Positions 24,794 to 37,537 of a stretch of DNA of 64,000 bases are shown here, one piece after another. The notes beneath the pieces are model-generated. The model ran no database searches and was not told the origin of the DNA. It saw only the letters and a program-made list of their open reading frames with translations. The translations under genes and the position numbers were made by a program. Position 1 is the stretch's first letter. The number at the start of each line of letters is the position of its first letter. Source of the stretch: Neoconidiobolus thromboides FSU 785 (Eukaryota; Fungi; Entomophthoromycota); NCBI GenBank assembly GCA_025603075.1, contig MU626363.1:1-64000 (forward strand), in the 5' to 3' direction.

Positions 24794-25353
24794 AAATAGT
24801 GATCAAATTAAAAGCCTCTTTATCTACTTTTAACAGACAATCGATATACCCAGATTTTCAACTAAAATGCTATAATAAACATTATCAAGGATTAAAATTC
24901 AATATTATTATCAGGATCAATATTAAGGCTGAATAGTCTAGTCTTAGACTAGGCTCATTTAAGGTCTTCTTATTTATTTATTTATTAGCAACTTTTTCTG
25001 AAAATTTATTCGTCATTGAAAATTTTGAAAGAAGGAAGACCCTGCTCAAAGGTCCATTTCCCCCCTCCCCCAAAAATCTTAGTAGATAGCTAAATCTGAG
25101 ATTAAATTTTTTCGAAACAGATTCTCCACTTTTTAGCCGAAAATCTGTTGACCAATAGGGATAAAAATTAACAGATTGAAGAACTAAAATGATTGGAAAT
25201 AAAAAATAAAGGACAAATCAAATTGTTGAATGAAGAAAATTTCAATTTAATAATCCAAAAAACTCATATTATTTTTTTAATTACTTACTATTTAATAAAA
25301 CTATTAATAATAATAATCATTTTTAATATTATAACTGCTTACTAGTTAGAAAA

Positions 25354-26478
25354 ATGAAATTGAAATATAGAAGGATTAAACCTGCTATTTATCATTTAAA
25401 CAAAATACGAAGCAATTCAACATTGTCCACCATTGACAAGGCATATTTTACTTTATCCCCATTTTATAAAGCAAGCAGGAATCCGATAGTTCTATGTCAT
25501 GGTAAGTAGGTATAAAAAATATGTTAAGTTATTAACCCAGATTTTAGGCCTATATGGTTATGATAAAATAGCATTTGAAAATTTCCCTTATTTACAAATT
25601 AATTATTGGCAAGGGATCGCAGAATCACTAAAACAGTTAGGGAATGAAGTTATCATTGCAAAGGTACCAAGGTAATTAACAATTTGATTTAATATTACTA
25701 TTATAAATAGTTTTATTTATTAATCAAGTTTAGAACGGGGAGTATTGAGGAGAGAACGAACCAATTAAATTTATTTTTAGAAAGGGTAGTGTCCGATAGA
25801 GAAGTTAATATTATTGGGCACAGTATGGGTGGGTTAGATGGTAGATATTTGATAAGTAAAGTAAAGAACAAAAAATATAAAGTATTGAGTTTGAGTACAA
25901 TATCTACCCCACATTATGGATCTCAATTTATGGATTGGTGTCAAGAAAACTTAAATTTAGGGAGAAAGAAGAAAGAAAATGAAAACCCAATCTATACGGA
26001 CATAAATACAAACCGGCCTTTACTTAATAAATTACTGGTTAACCTGGATGCCCCCGCTTACTATCATTTAACTACTGATTACTGTAAAAACATTTTTAAT
26101 CCTAATACCCCGAACTGTAATGATGTGAAATATTTTTCATACAACGCTTATATTGAAAAAATGAATAAATTCGCTTTACTATATTTACCATGGAGCATTA
26201 TCAAAGAAAGAGCCGGAAAGAATGATGGTATAGTGGCACTCAACTCTTCAGTATGGGGTGAGCATGTAGAAACAGTGGAAGCTAGCCACTTTGACTTGGT
26301 ATCAAGATATCGTTGGATTTATGCTTTTTTATCACTTTTGGGTTTCCAGGATCCAAGATATCATCATAATCCAAAACTTCCTTTGCCTAAGTCTTTGTTT
26401 TTAAACCCTAGTCCAAATTTAGACACCATTGAGTTTTATTTGAGAATTTCTAATTTTTTGTATTCGAAAGGGTTTTAA
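25354..26478 (+). CDS. TGL2: TGL2-like triacylglycerol lipase, paralog 1, 3 exons
   Basis: NPIVLCHG|LYGYDK, GHSMGG nucleophile elbow, STPHYGS, NDG, SHF; introns 25502-25547 and 25672-25733; Arg/Lys-rich N-terminus. Confidence 0.85.
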
Positions 26479-29299
26479 ACATTAGCTTGTTTGATATTCC
26501 CCTTTCTTTTGTTTGCTTTAGTATAAAAAGTCTACCTTTTATAATAGATTATATGTTTCTTTTACTTTTTAAATACAATCTATTTACTGGTAGTACTAAC
26601 GAAAATAAAATCTAAATCATAATAAAGCCTTATTATATCAAATTTAGTTAAAAAATATGCTGACCTATTTTTAAACTAGCATTAACTTGAGCAGCAGCAT
26701 AGACCTCCGATTACCTACCATGTATGTATGTTTTTGTATTAGTAAATGCACATCCTTAACATACCAATGCATCAACTACGAAATATGACTATATAGTAGT
26801 TAACCTATACTTATTAATTTAAAGGCACACAATACACCAATCGGGGAAAAATTCAATAATGGTAGAAGTCATAATTATTTTAATGGATTGAGGATTGTTT
26901 AGAGCATTAATGTAAAGTTCCAAAAACAAAACTAATAATGACCAAATGAGTAAACTCCATTTTGTTTCAACTAATAAGGTTTATATAACCAAGTTTTAAA
27001 GTTAATGAATAATTATAATCTTTATATAGTAAAAAACACTTGAAGAAATTATTAATCTATATTGGCTTAAAAGCTATTGCTTTGAGATTTACTATTGGAT
27101 ATACAGAGTCACATAGCTACAATATGCTATTTATAACTTTACAATTTAAAGAAACCTTACTCAACATACTAGCATAAAGAAGGATCGCGGCCTAATAGCT
27201 AAGGGATTTGGTACGGATCAAGCGAGTCCTAGAGGAACCATTTTCAATTCTTTTTCCATGCTGCTAGAAATATGGTTTAAAAAAACTATGCACTCTGTAA
27301 TATTTTAGTTGGGTTTAATCATTTTAGAAAGAATGTTAAATATTAAATTTTGATACTTGTGTTAATTGAATTCACATTTTTAAGAAGGAAGATTAAATTT
27401 CGAATTTTCTACTTCAAGAAAATACTTGAAAAATACTTGTCTAAAGAGCGTTTACCAGTTCAAAGTATCAGGCACATACTGTCTAAAAAAACAAGTAAAT
27501 AACAGTTAAAAAATATTAGATTATTAGCAGTTGAAGGAATAATTCGACCAAAGAAACTTTCAGCAAGATTATTTTCCCCCTTTTGGGATAGCCCTTTATA
27601 AAAATAAAGTTTTTAGCGAATTTAGATTAATATATTACATAATATAAGTGAATGGACTATTATAAGCTGGAAAACTAAAATTATAGCTTTTTACAAATTT
27701 ACAAAGTATTTCTAAGATTCTGGGCTGATTCTCTGGTATGTTATGCTATCCATCCTTTCAGGTATACTTTATTAAATTCTACAAAAATAATTCGGTCCAA
27801 TTCTGAATTTGTAAAATGGACGCAGTTCTCTAATATATATAGACTATTATTAATAAAATTAATTGTTTTAATAACGGCATTCAAATTTGAATTTTTTTAA
27901 AATCGCCAATTTACAGAATTAAGTTTTTGTCAAATTTAGTCTAAATAATAATTTTTAAAACAGTTTACCGCAATTCATAAAAGTTGAATAATTACAATAT
28001 AGTGTGTGTAGTCAAAAATATATAACCTCATCATGATTTTTAGTTATAGTATAAATAGAGGACAAGCTAGAATATTTAACTAGATGACAACAACTATGAT
28101 TGGTTTTAATTTTATAAAAAAAGCCAGACTTAATATAAATGCCCATAATTGTTCTGGAAATGTTCAATATAGTAAACTTCTCATTTTAGAGAGCTTTTGT
28201 TTAATAATAAGGTCTTACTGTTGTTTATGTAGTTTTAAAAATGAGGTTGAAGTTTCTTCTTTATTGAATTAATGGTAAGTCAAGGTTAATTTATTATGAT
28301 TCAAATAAGATCGATCCTTTATTAACGCTTGCTTATAAAGTACTTTAACATCTCGGATTTAAATCCGATTCCTATTTTGATAATTTTTTAAAACAAATTT
28401 AATTTTTAACTTTTAATTTTTTAAAATAGCGGATTTATATTACACATAGTAGTTTACTTATTAATAATATATATTAATATCTGTTTTTAAAAATTTGGTT
28501 TTAATCTAAAGATTATTATTTTAATGACTATATTTTATTCTTTAAAGCTAATAACACACATCCCCATTAAATCAATCTGATTGCTTCAAAGCACCGAGTA
28601 AAAACAAATTTCATTTAAATTTGTAATTTTTAGCTATTAATTTAGGTCATAAAATCATAAAATCATAATAAATAAAAATATATTAAAGTTAATCAATTTT
28701 TATTTGAGAAAATCCGCACCTCGTTTTATATCACTCTAATTTTATTGAATTCCCCTATTTACTTTATTACCCTGTTGCGCCTAACTTATTGTATTGAAAC
28801 TTGCACTAAAACTCTACTGCTTTTTTAGAATAGACATAACAGTGGCTTGATACACAATAAAATGAAATGTAATACAAAGATAAAAGTAAGTTGAAGTAGC
28901 ATACTATATAGATATTTCTTTGACAATACTAAAAATTTGTTTTTGGTTTCGCGTCTGGTCCCACTCCCGTTCAGGTCTGTCTATCCAAATATAAATACTT
29001 TTTGGCTAAAGAATTTTCGTTTATTCAAATTTAAATAGCACAAATGGATTATATATAAGAAACTTTCGATCTCTCTATAATTTATGAGAACTTACATCTT
29101 ATTTTCTTTCAATTTGTAGTTAGCTCCCTTTACTGACCTTAACAAATACTATTTAGATACGTAAAGTCTAAGCGTTTTGATACAGTGTCATTTGAATCAT
29201 TTTCATAAAGAAAGAGATTAGTTGTATTTAATATTACACCAAAATGAAAGTTATAGAGCTTTTATAATAATAGAGTACTATTGGATATAAAATACAAAT

Positions 29300-29397
29300 G
29301 GGGATGTATTTTTTATTTGAGGATTTTACTGATAGTCTTTGCACTCGAATAATGCTTAAGATATGGAAAAAGTGATGAAGTCAAGAAAAATATCCCT
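29300..29397 (+). mobile_element. MITE copy
   Basis: Consensus match; flanks AAAT/AAAC. Confidence 0.85.
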
Positions 29398-29498
29398 AAA
29401 CATTAAAGCTGAGTACTATACAAAATTTTATTTTTTATAAAAAAAATGCAATAATTTAAATGCAATATATAATAAAAATACAGCCAAATCTAATCTGA

Positions 29499-30338
29499 TT
29501 ATTCTTCGATTATAGTAGTAGGCGAATAAATCAGATTATCCCTCATAATGATATTAGCGATTTCTCTTGACCTTTGACATCTTTTCGATTTTAAGTGGCG
29601 GTTATAAATATCCGCTCTATAAAAGCTTTTATTACAGGCATGGCAAACATAAGGGCGTTGAGAAGTATGGGTGAATAGATGTCTTTTAAGGGAATTTTTA
29701 CGCGAAAACGAAGCCTTACATTCCAGACAATTAAATCGATCATTAGGATCATGACATGATTGAATTAAAGTTTGATTTACAGCCTTTTGATAGTGGCCAT
29801 TTAACAAGCTAAGTTGAATATGGCTTTGATTTAAACTTGTTAAATTCGAGTTGGTCTCAAAATTAGGAGAACTAGTTTTTAATAAGCGAGAGTTATCATG
29901 AAATGGATTAAACATGGTCGTTTCTACCACCGAAAAACTACGGTTCCTTCTTCCTCCTCGTTGAGTTAAAAGATTTTTATTTAAAGAAGATTCATTCATC
30001 AATGAATTGTAGGGTTTAAACGTAGATGGAATCGATATAGAATTTTGACTCGATTTAGGAGATGCTGGTGAGCTTTTAGCTAAACTTATTGGGGTGTTTA
30101 AATAATATTCAGATACAGAACCACGTCTGCGCTGTGGTACTCCACTAGGGATCGTTGGTCCAACAATATCCTTTAAAGAAGGTAATTTTGTATGATAGGG
30201 TGAAGAGTATGGAGGGGTATTAGAAATAGGGGAGTTTGGTGGTAATAGGCCATTAGAAACAACGGGCAATTTCAGGTAATTGTTAGTAGCTGGTTCAGCA
30301 GATGTGTTTAAACCTAACTCTGTATTATGGAGTGACAT
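29499..30338 (-). CDS. C2H2 zinc-finger transcription factor
   Basis: Two C-terminal fingers (CLECKASFSRKNSLKRHLFTH, then linker TSQRPYV, then CHACNKSFYRADIYNRH) and an S/P-rich N-terminus with RRGS. Confidence 0.9.
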   Translation of the reverse strand: MSLHNTELGLNTSAEPATNNYLKLPVVSNGLLPPNSPISNTPPYSSPYHTKLPSLKDIVGPTIPSGVPQRRRGSVSEYYLNTPISLAKSSPASPKSSQNSISIPSTFKPYNSLMNESSLNKNLLTQRGGRRNRSFSVVETTMFNPFHDNSRLLKTSSPNFETNSNLTSLNQSHIQLSLLNGHYQKAVNQTLIQSCHDPNDRFNCLECKASFSRKNSLKRHLFTHTSQRPYVCHACNKSFYRADIYNRHLKSKRCQRSREIANIIMRDNLIYSPTTIIEE

Positions 30339-32223
30339 TTATTTTCAGACAAAAATTAGTTTTAAAAAATTAAAATAAAAATTGTCTGGACTTGAGTAAT
30401 TTATAGTATTTTATAGTGGCTTAAGTTTAAAATAGCTATTAATTTTGAAATTGTGGTTGAAGTTATGCAAGTTATCCTACACCTTTTAACTTCAAGTGCA
30501 TGATAATTACCCCTTAGCTTTTTCAACTTCAAGTTTACAATTCTTTGAAAATCTAAATTTATAAATTTATGCCTTCAAGTTCTGTACGTTGATTGGTGTA
30601 AATAAAGAGTAAAAGCTAAATTCAATCCCTTTTGACTGAAAATGATAAAGAGAATAAAATTGTGGTTCATACATTGGAGAGAAATAAGAAAGCTAAAAAA
30701 GACTTGTAATAAAAAGTGTGTAAAAAAGTTAAATCAATTTCACCTTATGATGACGCATTATAGTTTCGTTTCAAAGAAATGAGATAAGCCATTACTTAAA
30801 ATAATAGTTTATGGAGGTAAAACCAGCTGTATTAGTAAATAATTTGTATTAAATCAAGTTAGACCTTATATTGAAAGCCTCATAGCAGATAGAACTAAGA
30901 ACCACTAATTGAGATCATTTTTCAGGAGAATAATACAGGAAAGGAAAATAGGGATTTAAAAAAACAAATTTAACTTCAACTTAAGTCATACTAAATATAA
31001 AATAAATAAATAAAATAAGGACTCATAAGAGTAATATTTAATGAAATCGTTATTCATATAATGATAACATTTTCTTTTTAAATTTAAAGACTTAAAATAC
31101 AACAATAAAACAGATTTTAAAGTGACTAAGTGAGTATATTTTAATGTAATTTTAATTTATTATTACTATTTATAGTAGATCGTAAATTACTACATTCTAG
31201 CTTTTTTTTATTAACTTAACGTTTTTTTATTATTAATTATCCCAGGTACTAAAAAATGAAGTATCATTATAAGCTTATATATTGATAATAAAACTTAAAC
31301 AATGATAATAAACTTTAATTCGTGCAGTTTTGTATATTTAAAATTAACCTTATTATGGTGAAAAAACTTTGATGGTATTTTCGTATTAAAAAATAATTTA
31401 TGACCATTATTTCAATTGCTGTTGTTTATTTGAAGAACAATGACTAAAACTATGCTACATAATGTTTGCTAAATTGTATAAAAGATATTAGTTATACATT
31501 ATAGGCCATTAGTTGAGAATAGTATAAAAAAACTCGTACATTTGAAATCATTTTATTTACCATTTATTAATATAATAGTTGGTAATATTAATAATATTAG
31601 CTATACCAATCAATTTGAGAATAAAAACTATGTTATGCCGAGTTGATAGTAAATACTCATTGTTTATAAAAAATTATGTATGTTTCCTGAAACATCTTTG
31701 ATTAATTTAGCTAAAATAATTGACATAGTTGAGAATTGTATAAAAATTTACACATTTTAACTTCATTTATTATTTTTCATTATTTTACTAGTGTTATAGC
31801 CTATTAGATGGTTGAGAATAAAATTCACTTTATGCTAAGGTAATGATAAATGAATAAGACATATTAATATTGAACCTAAGTTTTTGTGAAATTTATTAAA
31901 TAGTATCGATAGAACAATGTAAAATATTCAATGTATATTATATTTGGTACTTTATTAACTTAATGCACTGTATTTGAGTTTAAATATCATCTTAAAAGAT
32001 ATATAAACAGCTGAATGTCTTAACAAGCATTTTTGCCAAGTTTTATATAGTTTTAATAATTGCTTTATAAGTTCTATTCTTAAAGCTATTTATATCGAAA
32101 TGTTCTTGCAGTTCAAAAATAATATTAAGTCTACTTATATTTGCTTTAATATAAAATTCAAAAGCTGTAGGGCAAGCATAAGCGCTTGACAAACCCAGCA
32201 CTAAAAGTGGTATTAATAATTAT

Positions 32224-33099
32224 TCATTTTAATTGTAATTCTAAATTTTCTTTTTTCATAGTTTTTTGAATCCATGGAAGGTAGCTTCTGACTTTAGCAT
32301 AAGTACCAGGAACACCAGGTTCTGCGCATTTTATCCCATTGGAAACAACACCTACAATTGAATATTGCCCATCTTCGTCTGACTTCATTAAGGGACCACC
32401 AGAATCTCCTTGACACGCATCTTTTCCTCCTTCTTTAGTACCAGCGCATATAGAAAACTTCTCGTCCAAAGAAGGCCATGTTTTTTTACATGTTTTCGTA
32501 TCAATAATTTTAAGACTAACCTTTAACAAGGAATTTGACATTTGACCTTCAAACTTAGTATGTCCCCAACCAGCAACGATAAAAGATTCATCTTTATAAT
32601 TCTCTTCAATATCGCTAATTTTTGGTACAATTTTCCCATCTTTAACTTCTTCTTTTAATATAAAAATACCAATATCATCTAATAATTCAATTCCCTTTTC
32701 GCTATAATTCCCATGTTTGATTGTTTTCAAAACTTTGTATTCTTCTCCATCAACCCCATCCAGATCATTTTTTCCATACCCAATGTACAAATCTTCCATT
32801 TCATACTTATCTGATATACAATGTGCTGCTGTCAAGACTACTTTCTCATGAATCAAAGTACCACCACACATATGTCCACTATATTGATTTCCAATTGATA
32901 CTAGCCATGGAAATTCACTTTTGTTTGCTTTTACTCCTCCCACTATTCTACCATCTGATGTGTTTGGATTATCAGTTAGACTCTGCTGAATTGTTTCAAG
33001 ACTTGGCTTAACCTTTGCGTACCCTCTTGGGTCAACTCGATTTAGTTTACTTAGACATCTGGTAGCTAAAGCACTTGCAATTATCTTTATTAGCCGCAT
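32224..33099 (-). CDS. Trypsin-like S1 serine protease (prepro form)
   Basis: R|IVGG activation site, TAAHC, DIGI, DACQGDSGGP (Asp in the specificity pocket), three Cys pairs, no introns. Confidence 0.95.
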   Translation of the reverse strand: MRLIKIIASALATRCLSKLNRVDPRGYAKVKPSLETIQQSLTDNPNTSDGRIVGGVKANKSEFPWLVSIGNQYSGHMCGGTLIHEKVVLTAAHCISDKYEMEDLYIGYGKNDLDGVDGEEYKVLKTIKHGNYSEKGIELLDDIGIFILKEEVKDGKIVPKISDIEENYKDESFIVAGWGHTKFEGQMSNSLLKVSLKIIDTKTCKKTWPSLDEKFSICAGTKEGGKDACQGDSGGPLMKSDEDGQYSIVGVVSNGIKCAEPGVPGTYAKVRSYLPWIQKTMKKENLELQLK

Positions 33100-33521
33100 A
33101 AAAGAAAAGTAAATCCTTTTTGTTTCTTTTAGTTTAATCTATTATGTTACTACATAATTCTTTTAATTTATTAATTCTTTTAGATTTTTACCATTTTTAT
33201 AATTTTTGTGCTTTTTAATTTAGTTTCCAAACATTGTAAACAAGCTGGTAGATTAACTGAGTGAGTATGAATAAAATAGCAAAACCAATTAACTTTATGT
33301 TTCACCCTTATATTTTTCTCATTATTCTACTCTATTTTTTGTTCTACCTTAAATATGAATGTTTTGAGCAAAAAGCATTTTTAATAAAAGGGACATAAGC
33401 AAGAATAAGAATCCTTTACTAAAATCGCTTCCAGTCTAAATACTTCATTTGATTCCAGTAACCTTTTGTTTGAAACTATATTCGTCCTTTAATATAATTA
33501 ATAAGTGCTCCTCCAGCATAT

Positions 33522-33565
33522 GAGGCATTTTTTTCGGTTTTCATCACTTTTCCCATTTTTTAACT
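33522..33565 (-). mobile_element. Partial MITE (right-end fragment)
   Basis: ATAT|GAGGCATTTTTTTCGGTTTTCATCACTTTTCCCATTTTTTAA, after which similarity stops. Confidence 0.65.
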
Positions 33566-33935
33566 AAATAAGAATAAAAATAATTTTTTATAAAATACGT
33601 GCTTATGTTGGGTTTATTAACCTAAGTAAAGTTTTTCAATTTGACACATATTAAAAATTATAGAAATGTAGCAGTATGTTAATGAAAACTGTATAATGAA
33701 TTGACATTGTTATTGAAAGATTAAGTTAAAATTAAAACTATTAAATTTTATCACTTTTTCGTATATCAAAAACAAAAAATTTTCAATAAATTAATATAAT
33801 AGAATATAAACTTTACACTTTATTGTAAAAATATACGTAGTAGAAAAACTCAATTAAGAAACTCTAGTACTTCAACTTATGTAAAGTTTTTAATATAAAT
33901 ATGCATACAGTGGTATATGTTTGCATGAAGTTTAT

Positions 33936-34032
33936 GGGGATGTATTTTTGTGTTTAAGGATTTTACTAATAATTTTTCTGCTCAAATGGCGCTTAAAAGG
34001 TGGAAAAAGCAATGAAACCAAAAAACATCCCC
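33936..34032 (+). mobile_element. MITE copy
   Basis: GGGGATGT...ACATCCCC; the flanks TTAT/ATTT do not form a 4-bp TSD. Confidence 0.9.
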
Positions 34033-34765
34033 ATTTATTAATAAATATCTAAACAATCATATTTCAAATAGGTTATCAAGTTTAATATGATATGAAACTT
34101 AACTAACATTTAGCTTTTTTACACAATTTGTTAAGTACTATTGACAATTAGAATCGTTTTCTACTTTAACTATTTTATATTAGACTAAAGATTTTAATTA
34201 AGTATTGATGTTAATACTAATTTACTCAATCTCTTAATTTAATTACATAAACCTAGATCCAAACTTTATGATTTTTTTATGGTCAAATATCACTATTATA
34301 ATTTTATATTAATATCTGGTATTATACTGAATTTACTTTAAAGCTATCATACTTTCATGAAAAATAATTCACTAAACAAAGCCATAAAGAAATGGTAGCC
34401 TTTATACAAGCATGTTAAATGTATTGAGTACTATCCAGCTAATTTTGTTAAATCGGACATTTAAAAAAGGTCAAAAAGCTATAATATATCAAATCTTGAT
34501 ATAGGATTTGATCCAATATTTAATACAAAGAAAACAATATTACGAATCAATACTAAGAATATTTATACTCCATTTATGACGGAATTTTTTAATTTGATTT
34601 ATCTTCAGTTAACCATGAATATTCTTAAATTGTATAATATTAGGGAATGATCTAAGTACTATAACGAAGTTTTATCTAAAATCAGACCTTCGGCTTATTT
34701 TTAATATTTTTTTAAAAATGTGCTTAAATGATTTCTAGCACTACACGATTCAAAAAACACTATAT

Positions 34766-34864
34766 GGGAATGTATTTTTGTATTCAAGAATTTTACTAAC
34801 AATTTTTCCACTCAAATAGTGCTTAAAAGATCGAAAAAATGCTGAAACTAAAAAAAACATCCCC
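34766..34864 (+). mobile_element. MITE copy
   Basis: Consensus match; flanks ATAT/ATAT. Confidence 0.9.
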
Positions 34865-35254
34865 ATATAAATATTTTTTGGCTATATCATAAAGATATCT
34901 CAGTATTTTAATATTAATTGTATAGTTTATATCAAATTTGTGTAAAAAATTACTATATGTCAAAATCTTAATAATGAGTTTTTTAAAACTAAAGTTATCT
35001 TATTGTATTCGTTTATACAATAAATAAATAGCATGAATTATTAATAGAATGATCGAAGCTAAAATAAATTGAAAGTAAATAAAAACTAGATTACTAATAT
35101 AAATTTCTAACTTATGTAAATCAAATTTAGTGTGACAATTCATTGTAAATAAATTCAAACATACAAATAATTTCTAATTGTAATCATACAAGTATATAAA
35201 GGCAATGAATTCAGTTTTCAACTTGAATAGTTAAATGTTATTTTAAACATAGAA

Positions 35255-36883
35255 GTGTCTTCTATAGATACTCAAATTGATGATGCTTTTAGCGTCCATA
35301 ACAGCGAAAAACAATTAGAAAGTCAAGCTTCAATAAATCCTTCCAAGCTCGATCAACCAAAAGTTGAAGTATCAAAAACAAGATTCCTTTTAATTATGTT
35401 AGGTTTGGTTTTGTCAATATTTGTAGCAGCCCTAGATACTACTATTATTGCTACTTCTTTAGCAAACGTTACCTCTGATTTTAATGCTTTTGACCAAGTA
35501 ACTTGGGTTACTACTTCTTATTTATTATCTTCTACCGCTTTCCAACCATTATATGGTAAATTTTCTGATATCTTTGGTCGACGTGATGTTATGTTATTTG
35601 CCCTTGGTGTCTTTTTAGTTGGTTCAGTACTATGTAGTGCTGCACAAACTATTGAGGTTTTAATTATTTGTCGTGCTATTGCTGGTATCGGTGTTGGTGG
35701 TCTTATATCTCTTTCAGTTATTATTATATCCGATATTGTTTCACTAAGGAAGAGGGGGTTATATATGGGTATGGTTAGAGCTAATTTTGCTGTTGCTTCA
35801 GTTGTTGGTCCATTGATAGGTGGTGCTCTTACCGAAGAAGCTAGCTGGAGGTGGTGTTTTTACATTAACATTCCAATTTGTCTACTAGCTATGTTTGTTA
35901 TAGGCTTTTTTCTTCGTTTACCTACATCTAAACAAAACATGAAAGAAAAGTTATCTAGAGTCGATTATTTAGGTTCAGCCACCTTACTCATCTTTACTTC
36001 ACTTATAGTATTGGGCTTAAATTGGGGTGGACAACAATATCCCTGGAACTCTACAGCAGTTGTTGTTTCGCTCTGTTTAGGTATTGCCTTCTTACTCCTT
36101 TTTATTTTCTTCCAATGGAAAGTATCTAAAGAGCCAATCATACCAGGGCATGTTTTAGTTCGTAATGTTATATCTGCAGATTTCACAGCCTTCTTTAATG
36201 GGTGTATGCTTTTTTCAACTGTTACTTATTTACCATTATATTATCAAATTGTACATGAGGAATCATCCATTAACTCAGCCTTAGAACTTTTGGCTACCAT
36301 GTTGGAGGTAGTCTTCTGCTCAACAGGTTCTAGTATTTTTATTGTTAAAACTGGTATCTATCGCCCTCTTTCTATAACTGGTGCTGGTATTGGTGTTATT
36401 GGCACTTGTCTTATGGGATCTTTAATGAGGGTTGATATTTCAAGGGCAGAATTGATAATTTTTTCTTTGTTTATCGGATTGGGCATAGGGCTTTGTATTC
36501 AAGTCAACACAATTGCATCACAAGTAGCTGTTGATATGAAAGATGCAGCCATTGTAACATCATTGGTAAGTTTTTCACAATCTTTAGACGGAGTAATAGG
36601 AATGGCAGTGTTAGGAGCAGTATATCAAAACGTATTAGCTTCCTCCTTAGCTAAAAATGCACCAACTGTCAATATTGGATCTTTATTTCAATCATCGACT
36701 TATATTCAAACTTTGACACCAGAACTTAGAGCCGTAGTAGTTCAATCTTATGTTGATGGTTTCCACTCTATGTTTTTAACTGGGATTGCTTTCTTTTCTG
36801 TCTCATTTATAGCTCCACTTTGTTTAAAGCATATCCCTTTAAAAAATCGCGGGCCTTTAGTTCCACAGGAAAATTTAAAATAA
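35255..36883 (+). CDS. MFS drug:H+ antiporter (DHA2, 14-TMS type); first codon is GTG
   Basis: AALDTTII, QPLYGKFSDIFGRR, GPLIGG...SWRWCFYINIP, VDYLG motifs in an intronless 542-codon frame. The first in-frame ATG is at 35396. Confidence 0.88.
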   Translation: MSSIDTQIDDAFSVHNSEKQLESQASINPSKLDQPKVEVSKTRFLLIMLGLVLSIFVAALDTTIIATSLANVTSDFNAFDQVTWVTTSYLLSSTAFQPLYGKFSDIFGRRDVMLFALGVFLVGSVLCSAAQTIEVLIICRAIAGIGVGGLISLSVIIISDIVSLRKRGLYMGMVRANFAVASVVGPLIGGALTEEASWRWCFYINIPICLLAMFVIGFFLRLPTSKQNMKEKLSRVDYLGSATLLIFTSLIVLGLNWGGQQYPWNSTAVVVSLCLGIAFLLLFIFFQWKVSKEPIIPGHVLVRNVISADFTAFFNGCMLFSTVTYLPLYYQIVHEESSINSALELLATMLEVVFCSTGSSIFIVKTGIYRPLSITGAGIGVIGTCLMGSLMRVDISRAELIIFSLFIGLGIGLCIQVNTIASQVAVDMKDAAIVTSLVSFSQSLDGVIGMAVLGAVYQNVLASSLAKNAPTVNIGSLFQSSTYIQTLTPELRAVVVQSYVDGFHSMFLTGIAFFSVSFIAPLCLKHIPLKNRGPLVPQENLK

Positions 36884-37537
36884 GTTAATTTGCTAATATC
36901 GTATCATTTATCCACAACATAGATTGGTAATTTAATTAATCTTATGAATAAACTCGACTGTTTTCAACAACTCTTTCTATTATTATTTTTTAATATTTTA
37001 CAATGTAAGTTTTATCGAGTAATGAATCAATATTATCCATATAGTCTAAGTTGTATGAATTTTTAATCATTAAGTACAAAATATATAGCGATTGTATTCT
37101 ATTAATACAAATTATTTGGCATCTAAATCATAAAAACATGAGTCTTCTGGATAGAATTATGGACACTTTACTGAAAATGTAATGCAACATAACATTTTTT
37201 AGGCATTATGTATAAGACTGTTTTTATATACAAGCTTATTTTATAATTACAGTGTATTGAATATCTAAATTTAAAAATGATTATTATTAAAAAATGAATA
37301 TAGAGTCCATTTCGCCACTCAAAAGTACTCTATGGAGCCATTTCTTTAAATAAATCACTGCTTACCCTTTTGGGATCAAGTAGGCTTAAAAAAGATTGTG
37401 AATACCTCCAAAAACATTATTATAGCACTTTGGAAACTATAATTTACTTATAATAGCTTAAATTAATATTAAGATAAATAGTTTTGAAAATTTTATTTCT
37501 AATAAATATATTTCGGTACTTTAAAAATACATTAAAA

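Noticed and set aside
27170-27280. GLIAKGF resembling the Copia RT motif RLVAKGF
   Set aside because: It is a single short motif, and I found no other Copia motifs in frame nearby.
28535-28566. Short MITE-end-like remnants (also 41620-41640)
   Set aside because: Too short and AT-rich to call confidently; not included in the copy count.
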